The notes beneath the pieces are model-generated. The model did not search any database. It saw nothing but the letters and a program-made list of their open reading frames with translations, and had not been told where the DNA came from. Shown here piece after piece: positions 10,526-19,913 of a stretch of DNA of 64,000 nt. Source of the DNA: a virus; IMG/VR virus record IMGVR_UViG_3300038443_001768; one strand, written 5' to 3'. Each line of letters opens with the position of its first letter. Position 1 is the stretch's first letter. The position numbers and the translations under genes are program-made.

Positions 10526-13154
10526 ATCAGCGTGTCCGAGTCAAGGTCGGCGTACCCTGCGGCGACTGGCACTACTTCCATGCGACGAGCCGCCACGAGG
10601 CCGACGAATGGGTCGACACACTGAGAGCCGAGCTTCTCGCCGTTGGCGTCGTACCAAAGATCTACATGTACGCAGATACATCACTCGGCCACATCAGAAT
10701 CGACAACAACGAATAGGACCACCAATGGGCGCATATCACCTTACTAGACACCGAACCTCTCACAATTGGCCGCGCACAGCGCCAGACGTGAGGACGTGGC
10801 GTATCCACACTAGCGCTCCTCCGGACGAGGTAATCCAGGACTGGTCCGAAGAGCACGCCGCGCTGCTACAGAAGTCCGACGTAGTGATTCTCTTTCGAGA
10901 GCACGACGGTAAGTTCTTCACAGCAACCGTGGACTCTGTCGTGGATCGACCGAGGGTGCGGTTCGTTTGAGGCCGCCGGTGAGGTCGTTGTGAAGTTAGT
11001 TATCGACATCGCACTCGTTCTACTCGCGTATCGCTGCGGGCGGCGCGATGAACGTCAAGGGCGTCGCTATTGGGGCGGTCGATGAGCTTCGTCGTCATGA
11101 TCGCCATTCACCGCGATGTGCTCCCTCCGGTGCTCGGTATGCGCGACCTCGTCAACATCAACCTACGCGGCGGCTACGATGCGCTGCTAACGTTCAACAA
11201 CCCTGCGTCGTTCGAGCGCACGGTCGACGAGGTTCGTCGGCGCACACACGAGCAGCCGTTGAGCGCCTCCCACTCTGACAACGGGTTCCGCGACGCCTCG
11301 ATGATGAGATACACGCCGTTCACTAACGGATACGACTGGTCAAAGGCGCGCGTCGATGCGATCCCTGCTGAAAAGCGTTGCTCGAAATGCAAGGGCCACG
11401 GAACCGACGTCATCCTTGCCTCCAACGGCGGCGTCGGCGAGGTCGTAGATTGCTGGCCGTGTCAGGGAACGGGAAGGAAGGCATGACCCTCTACGAGGCG
11501 ATACAGGTGTTGTTGCGATTCTACTCTTGGGATTTCGGTGACCGCAGTAACGGCCTGTACGATCAGACGTTGCGCACTGAGCTTGCTCAGCTAATCGACT
11601 CGGCGGACCTAGGCGACGTGCGGGTGACGCTCGGACGATTCGTTCGCGAAGAGTTCTTGAGCGATGAGTCTCTCAACGCAGGCTACGGACCTGAAGACGT
11701 GCTGGGTTTCCTGGACTGGTTCTACGCAGGAGATTTCAGACCGTGAGCATCTCTCACAAGGAGACACTTGACCAGATCAAGTACAACAACCCCAACATCG
11801 AGGTCAACCAGAGGTGGTCTATCTGCGATGACGGCGGTCGACCATACAGGGTGCTGAGAGTTCTCTGTCGCCACCCCGATGATGGTGAGGACGGACGACG
11901 TCGTTGGGTTTGTGAGGAGCAGCCCGCGCACTTGGGGTTCAAGGGTGTCGGTATCTGGCCCGAGTACAACCTCCGACGCTCGTTCACTCTTCAGTGACTG
12001 AGCTAGGATCGTGGTACCCAGGGAAGCGGTGTCCAAGAGAGGCAGAGCTTCCGTTGGATCTGATGGTGAGAATGCTGATGGACGACCGGCGCATGGTTGC
12101 CGGTCGCGTCGTGTATACGCCGCTTCAGGTCGCAGCCATCTACGCGAACTACAGCCACAAGTACGTCAAGGACGAGGACACGAGAGATTTGATCCGCCGC
12201 CTGCTTCAGATCCACGGCCGCGCCGTCGACCGCAACGAGCCCCTACCAGAGGAGATGGAGTTGTGAACGTAAACGAATGGATCAACCGCATCGATCGACT
12301 ACGACGCGAGGACGAGCTTCTCGCGGCCGGCGAATGGCACGGCTATCTGAGTGAATTCGGCAGCCCGCCGCCGATGCGCGGTCGGTATGTTCTCGCGCGT
12401 TGGCGACATCCGACCGTGCTGGTCTCACACGACGACCCAGACGAAGCGGTCAAGCTAGCGCGACGCATCGAACGCACGGCGATGTGGAAGTACATCGATC
12501 GAGAAGAGCGCCCCGCCGTGTGGGCGCAGGAGGTTGAATAGCGATGCCTGACTACAACGACGCCATCAAGGTCGTCGAAGACCTAGTCGCTGAGGAGATC
12601 GCATTGGCGAACAAGTTCTGCGCTGCCGATCCTCCTGGTTGGTCGCGCCTCGGTCTCAGCAGCGCGTCTGGTGCGCGTCTGCACGCGTTCCAAGAGGTCA
12701 AGCGGCGGCTCATCTGCCGCATCGAAAGTGACATCCGTGAGGAGGCTTGTATTATCGTCCAGTGGTCGGACGACGTCTCTGAGTGGTTCGCCTACTGCCG
12801 CAAGTGCGGCAAGCGAGTCAGCAACGCCTACGCTGTGCGACACGAGCTAGACGATTTTGGCAGATATGTCGACTGCGGCGTCGAGTTCAAGTTCGTAACC
12901 ACGCCCTACATTGGCGAGCTACGCGAGCAGGTCAAGCAGTTGCGCAACGACCTTACCTTCATTGATGTAGACTTTGCTGGATGAGCAATGTCCTCGACAT
13001 GAGAGGTGACGAGTTCCGCGCCCACATGGCTGAGTTGGACCGCATACTGCGTACCCACTCGTGGCTATACGGCCAAGCATCTGTTCGGTGCACAATGTGT
13101 GGTGCTAGTCGCGGCTCTGAGGAGGCGCGTAAGGAGTGCCGCTTCGGTGCGTGA
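10522..13154 (+). other. Array of small hypothetical genes (10522-10716, 10725-10970, 11083-11486, 11483-11746, 11743-11997, 11994-12266, 12263-12541, 12544-12984, 12981-13154)
   Basis: Mostly 4-bp ATGA/GTGA overlaps; 11083-11486 ends in a DnaJ-like CxxCxGxG zinc finger. Confidence 0.6.
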
Positions 13155-13473
13155 ACGAGTACTGCATCTGACGCGCGACGATTTCCGGTGGGACTACTAT
13201 CGTGCCAGCGGCGCTGGCGGCCAGAACCGCAACAAGCGCGATACCGCTGTTCGGTGTACGCATGAGCCGTCCGGCGCGGTTGGTAACGCTGCCGACGAAC
13301 GAACGCAGGGCAAGAACCGTAAGCTGGCGTTCCAGCGCTGCACCTCCGACCCTGCGTTCCGTCGCTGGCTTGCCGTCGAGCACGCAAGGGTCGTCCTGGG
13401 GCGCGAGACCTGGCTGGATCAACAAATGCGCCCCGAGAATCTCATCATCGAGTATGGACCATTCCCCGACTAG
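13147..13473 (+). CDS. Stand-alone class I peptide chain release factor (RF-1/GGQ) domain; ArfB/PrfH-like
   Basis: [25 protein letters not shown]...[12 protein letters not shown] catalytic domain-3 signature; AAGGAG SD before GTG 13147. Confidence 0.9.
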   Translation: MRERVLHLTRDDFRWDYYRASGAGGQNRNKRDTAVRCTHEPSGAVGNAADERTQGKNRKLAFQRCTSDPAFRRWLAVEHARVVLGRETWLDQQMRPENLIIEYGPFPD

Positions 13474-13503
13474 GGACGTGCAGTGGGTACTGATTTAGGA
13501 CGC

Positions 13504-13542
13504 AAAGAAGCCCTGAAGGCAACCACCCTCAGGGCTTTCTTG
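13504..13542. terminator. Bidirectional intrinsic terminator between convergent operons
   Basis: AAGAAGCCCTGA...TCAGGGCTTTCTT inverted repeat. Confidence 0.75.
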
Positions 13543-13547
13543 TTGCG

Positions 13548-14721
13548 CTAATTGATGATGAGCTTGCCGATGTCGGCGAGCGTTTCGACCTTGGTGTAGT
13601 TCTGTACGCCGGGTGTGCGCGAGGCCTCGATGACGATCTCGTCGGAGTCTCCGTAACCATACCTGACGCGGAACTCGATACCGTCGACCCTGAAGATGGC
13701 CTGACGCTTGAGACGGTTACCGCCCATGTGCTCGCGATCAAACTTCACCGCATCAACGTCCTCACGCGGAACGTCAAGCTCAAACATGAGAAACTCGCAA
13801 GCGGCCTTCTCAAGCTCAGCGTCCTGACGATCTAGTTCGGCGCGCTGAACCTCTACCTGAGCCTCGCGGGCTGCGACAGCACGGTCGCGAAGCGAGCCAC
13901 GGCGCGCCCCCTCGATGATGTCCTCGGGACTCAGGTTAGAAAAGTCAAAGTCTTCAACGCTCACGATGAAGTCCTCGTAGATCGAAGATCGCAGACTGTG
14001 CGATCGTTTGCTCAGAAAGTCCGCGATGCGCGTACTTGCGGTACCCAGCGTCAGCGCAGTCCCAGCAGCGAGGACCCAGCAGGCTCTTTGGATAGAACTT
14101 GCCCCAGAAGATGACCGCTGCCGGCGCATGACAGGGACTTGTCGTGTACTCAAATGTGCTCTCCTTCTCAGCCCGACAAAACTCTACGACCGGGCCGGCG
14201 GCGACCGCGTTGATTGTCATCGTTATCTGGTCGGTAAAACTAGCCAAGCCGAATCCTCTCCTTCCAGCGTCCGCACGAGCACTTACCGGGACTCTCGGTG
14301 AGTGAACCCCAACAATCCTCACCGCCGTCATCGCTGTCCCAGTCCGGGCAGCGAAATCCATCCACGGCAACCCAGTTCTGATTCAGGATGTCGAGCATGC
14401 GCTTATAGAGGATGTCTACGGCGTTGTGGTCAACGTCATCGTAGTCAACGTCAAGATGTAGGTCGCCGGGTCCTGAGATGGCAAAGCTCTTACCGTGATA
14501 GCCGCGACCGGGTTGATCAAGAAGCCTAAATGGCGGCATCAGTTGTACTGCGACCGTTCGGTCGGATAGGCACACACGATGATCTCGTGGATCGTGTGGT
14601 CGACCTTTGTGCCGTAGTTGTCGAACAGCCGCTTCGACCGAGGCACGGTATCGTCCTGGTGCTTGATCTCAGCGACCGCCTTACGCACTGTGTCTCCGTC
14701 TGGCGTGAAGTTGATCTTCAT
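13548..14721 (-). other. Small hypothetical genes (13548-13964, an ORF ending at 13954, 14240-14539, 14539-14721)
   Basis: Coupled - strand ORFs downstream of the nucleotidyltransferase. Confidence 0.55.
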
Positions 14722-15449
14722 CAGAATCCCATCCTGATTCGATAGACAAGGTCGTTGATTTTGTCAATGTCGGGCTCGTCGGGGAGCTTGGAGTCAGCGG
14801 CGGCGTTGTCGAGATTGATCAACATGGCCTCGGCGATTGACTCAACCTCGTCGAGATCCTTCTCGGCTACACCCTTGAGCCACTCCACCTGAAGTGGCTG
14901 TAAGCGCACCAAGACCTCGCCGTGCTTGAGGGCGTGGACGCCGGCCATGAGCAGCCGTAGCGTGTGAAGCTTGAACTTGGTGCGCTTATGGTGACTCGCG
15001 CCGCGAGAACCACCAGTTCCCTCACGTGCCTTACGTAGCTGCGACACGGCGTAGCCGCCGTAGGTGTGGGCGATGCGCTTCGAGAGGAAGAGGCCGCGGT
15101 TATTGATGAGTTGGCCGCCGGCCGAGTAGGCATCGATCACGGTGTCGTCGGACCACAGCATCTCCAACGCTGTTGGGTTCGCCTTCGCTGCGAGTCGAGC
15201 GAAGTGCGCTAGCTCGTAGACGACGACGTCTGCGTCCTCGGCGATGTGGTTGAGTTCGAGCGAGTCCTTAGCGCCGCCCAGGGAGAGAACCCTAGGAAGC
15301 CCAGCCACGTAGACGCCTCGAAAATCGTGATCCGAGTCGGCGTGATTGGTTCCGTAGGCCCGGCTGCCAGTGCGTGAGACGAGAGCAAGTTCGCCGCCCG
15401 CGGCCTCTGCGTGTGGCTCAATGAGAGCAAAGAAGTCGTCGGTGGTCAT
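14721..15449 (-). CDS. Pol-beta superfamily nucleotidyltransferase, RlaP/YcgL-like
   Basis: TGSRAYGTNHADSDHDFRGVY (GS..DxD), DVVVYELAHF...ANPTALEMLWS, YGGYAVSQL, HTLRLL, SKLPDEPD motifs. Confidence 0.85.
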   Translation of the reverse strand: MTTDDFFALIEPHAEAAGGELALVSRTGSRAYGTNHADSDHDFRGVYVAGLPRVLSLGGAKDSLELNHIAEDADVVVYELAHFARLAAKANPTALEMLWSDDTVIDAYSAGGQLINNRGLFLSKRIAHTYGGYAVSQLRKAREGTGGSRGASHHKRTKFKLHTLRLLMAGVHALKHGEVLVRLQPLQVEWLKGVAEKDLDEVESIAEAMLINLDNAAADSKLPDEPDIDKINDLVYRIRMGF

Positions 15450-16377
15450 AGTTCCTTGTAGGTAGTTGGCTGATCAAGCCAGCGTTGATGATCTTCGAGC
15501 GCGAGCATACGATTGCGTAGATTCTGTTCGGCCTCGTCGCGCGTGTAGCCCCAGCCGTAGTAGATATCGGTTTGCTCGCGCCGCCAGAAGAACAGACCCT
15601 TAGTCTCTAGCCAGGCGTTGTAGCCCTGGCCCATTGCTGGTTCGATGGTGATCCTCTGCATCAGTACTTCCAAAGGTCGCGGCAGCCGGTCACTAGCGTC
15701 GCTGCGAACCAGGCGATGACATCGCGCCTCTGTGCCAAGCGGCACCGCAGACGACGAGGCGTCCAGCCGCCGAACGGATACGGCTCGATCACGTAGCGCT
15801 CGCCGTCAATGTCCTCGAAGTAGCGCGAATATTCGTCGAGTCCATACCTGTAAGGATTGAAACGCGCTAGCGTTGATCGTAGTCTACGCATCGAAGACGA
15901 AACTCGACTCGGTGATGATGTCAACTACGACGTCAGCGAGTTGCCCTTCGAGATTCAGGTAAACCTCGTTGCGGAAGTCCTGCGATCCGAAGCTCTGTTC
16001 GTCCATAGCCTGCCCGATCATCTGTGCTGCGCCATAGGCGGCGTCACGGATGACGTCGTGGAGGCTGTTGGTGATTTCGACCGGCAGCGACATTCTCAGA
16101 AACCCATTTCGTCTAGTGATGGTCTCGGGTCCGAGAGCGAGACGACCTCGTCACCGCTACATCCCCAGGGTTCGGCACAAGGTACATGATGCGGACACGG
16201 CCGAGCGACACGCTTCTTGCGGCGCTTCTTGAGCAACTCGGCTGCCTTATGCGGCTCCATGAAGAGATCGAAGGCGCTCTTGCAGTCAGGGCAGAAGTCA
16301 CGATCGTCTACCTCGTACGACTCGCCATTGATTTCGTGACCGCAACGATCACACTCCGTCACGTAACGCGACGCCAT
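15446..16377 (-). other. Small hypothetical genes (incl. 15446-15661, 15884-16093, Zn-finger protein 16096-16377)
   Basis: Coupled ORFs between rtcB and the nucleotidyltransferase; 16096-16377 has CDRC...FCPDC. Confidence 0.5.
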
Positions 16378-16378
16378 G

Positions 16379-17725
16379 TCAGTCCTTGTACTTGTCGACA
16401 ACGCCGCTGCCAGCCATGGCAACGCCGATCGGTCGGAGCGAGTGCTTGACTTCGACGTAGTCGGCGTGCGCGGATAGTACCTCTGGCAGCCGCTTGTAGG
16501 CCTCGGGTGCCTCGTCGGCGTCGCCGCCGCGAAGTTCGATGCCCTGTCGGCGCAGGCGCCTCTGGACAGCCTTCCAGTCGACGCGGCCCTCGCGCTCAGT
16601 GACCCACTGCTTGCCGACGCCATCAACGGCACTGCACCCTGGACATCCGTACGTCCAGGCGGGCTCTCCACGCTGTTGCAGGTTGCCGCAGTTGTGGCAG
16701 AACCAGCGCTTGCGCTGCTTGCCCTTGGCCTCGGTGCGCGACATCACACGTCCTGCTCCGTGCGGGGCGGACCAGATGGCCGAGTATCCAGCGACCAGCA
16801 CGTCGTCATCCGGGCTGCGCGTTTCCGCGTACTTGCCCTCGATGATCACGGCGTTTTCACCCATCGAGCCGCCAACAAAGCCCTGCTGGCCTGGATACAA
16901 CGGCGTCGAGCCCTTGCGGACCACCCAACAATCCACACCGTTCACGTTTTCCAACCATGAGAAGTTGTGATGGTTGTGGACCTCATGCATCACGGCCGGT
17001 GACCCCAGGATCTCCAAGACCTTGTCGACGACGACGTCGCGGCCCGCGTAGGCGTACTCGCCCGCAAGATTCATAGCCTCGATGTAGTTGTAGCCAAGAG
17101 GCGAGTTCTTATGCAGCAGTACAGGCGGCGAGTGCATCTCGCCGCCGTCGGCGTGACCGTCGAACGACTTGCCTTGTGCGAGCGCAAGGAAGCCGGAGGC
17201 GATCTTGTGGCCGAAGCCGCGCGAGCCGAAATGAACGCCGATCCAGATACGATCGGTGCCTTCTTCGGCGAAGAGATCGACGTAGTGGTTGCCGGAACCG
17301 ACGGTGCCTAGCTGGGCGCGGGCGGTGCCGAGCAGGTTTCGGACGCCTGGCATCGGAGACTCGCGGTTGATGCGATCGAAGATCTCGTGATCGACAGGCT
17401 CGTCGTTCGGTCGTCCCATGCCGAAGCTGATGCGTCGCGCGATCTCGTCCATGATCTTCGGCATGTCAGCCTTGACATCGCCGAGGAATAGGTTCGTCGA
17501 CACGGCCTTGTTGCCGCAGCCGATGTCGTAGCCTACCGAGGACGGAGACACGTAATCCTCGTAGGCGATGACACCTCCGATGGGAGCAGAGTAGCCGAGG
17601 TGGTGGTCTGCGCAGAGGACCCCAGCGACCGCGTCGCCGGCCTCCATGCAGGTCTTGATCTGCTTGATCGCGCCCGCGTCTGGATCTAGCCCGTTGGGCG
17701 TGAAGACTGTGAGGTTGTCGAACAT
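16379..17725 (-). CDS. rtcB: RtcB RNA 3'-phosphate/5'-OH ligase
   Basis: DHHLGY.PIG, VGYDIGCG, LGTVGSGNHY, HFGSRGFG, HNHHN, RKGSTP, GSMG, PHGAGR, DEAPEAYK motifs. Confidence 0.97.
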   Translation of the reverse strand: MFDNLTVFTPNGLDPDAGAIKQIKTCMEAGDAVAGVLCADHHLGYSAPIGGVIAYEDYVSPSSVGYDIGCGNKAVSTNLFLGDVKADMPKIMDEIARRISFGMGRPNDEPVDHEIFDRINRESPMPGVRNLLGTARAQLGTVGSGNHYVDLFAEEGTDRIWIGVHFGSRGFGHKIASGFLALAQGKSFDGHADGGEMHSPPVLLHKNSPLGYNYIEAMNLAGEYAYAGRDVVVDKVLEILGSPAVMHEVHNHHNFSWLENVNGVDCWVVRKGSTPLYPGQQGFVGGSMGENAVIIEGKYAETRSPDDDVLVAGYSAIWSAPHGAGRVMSRTEAKGKQRKRWFCHNCGNLQQRGEPAWTYGCPGCSAVDGVGKQWVTEREGRVDWKAVQRRLRRQGIELRGGDADEAPEAYKRLPEVLSAHADYVEVKHSLRPIGVAMAGSGVVDKYKD

Positions 17726-17816
17726 CTGGCCTCCGTGTTGCGTTTCGAGGTTGATGAAGTTATACCGATCGCAGGCGTCTTTTGCTTCCGAATCGACGGC
17801 TAGAGAAGCCTAGCAG

Positions 17817-18191
17817 CTACTCATCGTCGGCGTCAACCGGAAGAACTGCGAGGCGCTCGACGTAGCGTTCCTGTTCGGCGACGAGACCGTCACGGAACTT
17901 GGTCAACAGATCGAGCATCGTGTTGACCTTGTGGAGGTCGTTGGCGCGCGAGTCAGGGTCAGCGATGTCGAAATCGAACGACACGCTGCGCGTGCAATCG
18001 GCGACCTGGAGCGTGATCCAGGGCCGGGCGTTCCAGCGTTGAAGTTCTTCACCTTCGCCGTTCTTGCCTTTCTTCCAACGAGATGTGTCTTCGATCTCGG
18101 CGACGAGCGCTCCGGTGGAATGGTGACCGGGCAGATTCAGCATTGCGCGCCCACCATGGAAGCGGCGGCGCTGCGAGGGGCGTCGGGCCAT
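17817..18191 (-). CDS. Hypothetical protein
   Basis: ORF with extended -10 (TGcTACTCT) just upstream of the ATG. Confidence 0.55.
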   Translation of the reverse strand: MARRPSQRRRFHGGRAMLNLPGHHSTGALVAEIEDTSRWKKGKNGEGEELQRWNARPWITLQVADCTRSVSFDFDIADPDSRANDLHKVNTMLDLLTKFRDGLVAEQERYVERLAVLPVDADDE

Positions 18192-18213
18192 CGCTGAAGA
18201 GTAGCAGAACGAC

Positions 18214-18236
18214 AAAGGCCGCCTCGTTGGGCGGCC
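18214..18236 (-). terminator. Intrinsic terminator after the lysis genes
   Basis: GGCCGCC-loop-GGCGGCC hairpin followed by TTTGTCGTT on the - strand. Confidence 0.65.
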
Positions 18237-18348
18237 AATGCCGAGATTGGGATCACCTCCAGCTAGGAACGACCACGGCGGCGTCGGTCTTCCGTCACTG
18301 GCATCACCTCCTCCCGAAGGTGTCCGGGCGCTGCCCGGCGTGGGTGGC

Positions 18349-18615
18349 CTAGGACTCTACGTGGGGAACGCCCTTCTTGGCGATACCCCGGGAGAGCACG
18401 TACGCCACCACGGCGGCAATGGAGGAAAGGTCCCCGTACTTGGACGGGAGGTGGAGGACCTGGAGTTGGGAAGCGATGACCCAGGCGATGGTGATCCAGA
18501 ACTCAGTTGTTCGGTAGCCAGCCTTGGCCTCCTTGATCACCTGCGGCAACTCAGCGATGACTTGCTGGATCGCCTCGGTGTCGGGAGCGTCGGGGGTTAC
18601 TACTGAATCGGGCAT
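18349..18615 (-). CDS. Putative holin
   Basis: Small protein with two hydrophobic segments (GYRTTEFWITIAWVIA; IAAVVAYVLSRGIAK) directly after the endolysin. Confidence 0.65.
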   Translation of the reverse strand: MPDSVVTPDAPDTEAIQQVIAELPQVIKEAKAGYRTTEFWITIAWVIASQLQVLHLPSKYGDLSSIAAVVAYVLSRGIAKKGVPHVES

Positions 18616-18663
18616 TTCGTCTCCTGATAGAAGGACTAGTACTTGATTCTATCGAATCACGTG

Positions 18664-19143
18664 CTAGATCTTGCCGCTCTTGAGGTACTTGGTTGCGGCT
18701 GCGTAGCCCTGAACGATCACGAGTCGTTCGGCGCGGCGGCGGCGCGTTAGGCCGGCCAACGGGTGCCCTCCGGCCTTGTCCCACGCTAGGATTGCCGTAG
18801 CCGCCATTCCCCAATGACCGCCGCGGAGCAGCTTACCAACCGTGGTGGACGAACTCAGCGCGCCCGTACCGACGTTATAGACAAAGCTCGTGAATCCGTC
18901 GATCTGGCGTTGTGTGAGATGTGGGTTCACCGCCAACACGGCGGGCAGATAGTCACGGTTGAGACGGCGGCGTAGCTGCCGTAGTGCTTGGAGGCGAGTC
19001 ACTCGGCGGGTATGCGGTCCCACGCCTTCGGTCTCACCAAAGCCGATCGTCCAAACGCCCACAGAGTCACGATACGGACGGGCCGAGAAGCCCTCGAAGT
19101 GCGAAACCAGCAGGACGCACTTCCAGGAAACGCGCTTGGCCAT
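18664..19143 (-). CDS. GH24 lysozyme (endolysin)
   Basis: HFEGF...YRDSVGVWTIGFGET catalytic E-x8-D-x5-T, SFVYNVG, W.KAGG..LAGLTRRR.AE. Confidence 0.92.
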   Translation of the reverse strand: MAKRVSWKCVLLVSHFEGFSARPYRDSVGVWTIGFGETEGVGPHTRRVTRLQALRQLRRRLNRDYLPAVLAVNPHLTQRQIDGFTSFVYNVGTGALSSSTTVGKLLRGGHWGMAATAILAWDKAGGHPLAGLTRRRRAERLVIVQGYAAATKYLKSGKI

Positions 19144-19679
19144 TACTTGAACCTCCTTAGATAGGCGCGAGTCAACGCAACCCGAGTTCGCGTTAGGTGC
19201 TTTCCGTCCGCGCGTGGCTGGCGGCGAAAGCCCCAATGGTGGTACTCGACAACCGAGTCGTAGGGGAAGTAGATCTCAAGCCCGTAGTGGCGCGCTGCCA
19301 TCTTCAGCCGCATACGCGTGAAATCGTTATTGACGCCTGAATCGACCCCAACCTCCCACGGTTCGAGACGCCGACCTACCGGTCCGCTCTTGGCTACACC
19401 ATCGGAACGTAGCTCGTGCATCGAGCGGCCGGCCGGGTTCGGTGTTCCCGTGATTCCCCAGGCGGCGCGCTCCGCTGGGGTCGCGTTCTCCATCTCACGC
19501 TGGGTGTGCTTGCCGTGGCGGTGGAGGATCGGCCGAGCGTCGTGGTCGTCGCCTCGATAGATACTCGACGCGGACTGGCCGGCGCGCCTCAGAATCAGAT
19601 AGATGTAGGGGGCGACATCGTAGGGGGCGGGGCAGCCATCGATGACGAGCCACTTCGGGCGGCGTCGTAGTCGTCTCAT
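19143..19679 (-). CDS. Putative Zn peptidoglycan peptidase (M15/LAS-like)
   Basis: SIYRG, PAGRSMH...VGVD, EYHHW motifs; coupled to the lysozyme gene. Confidence 0.55.
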   Translation of the reverse strand: MRRLRRRPKWLVIDGCPAPYDVAPYIYLILRRAGQSASSIYRGDDHDARPILHRHGKHTQREMENATPAERAAWGITGTPNPAGRSMHELRSDGVAKSGPVGRRLEPWEVGVDSGVNNDFTRMRLKMAARHYGLEIYFPYDSVVEYHHWGFRRQPRADGKHLTRTRVALTRAYLRRFK

Positions 19680-19913
19680 GAGGAAGTCGTCTCCGTGTTC
19701 ACTGTGGTGCTAACCGTCGTCGTGTAGATCGGGCCGCCCTGGTACCACGGATACCTCCAGGGGTTAGCGGGGATCGCGGGCGGCGTTGGGTAAACAGGCT
19801 GGGGGTTAGGACCACCGCAGTGCAAACAAGCACCGCATAGGGGACAACGCGAGGGCTGAATGACGCCATGCCAGGCAAAGCTGTGGCTACACATATCGTT
19901 TAGTGTACCTGAT

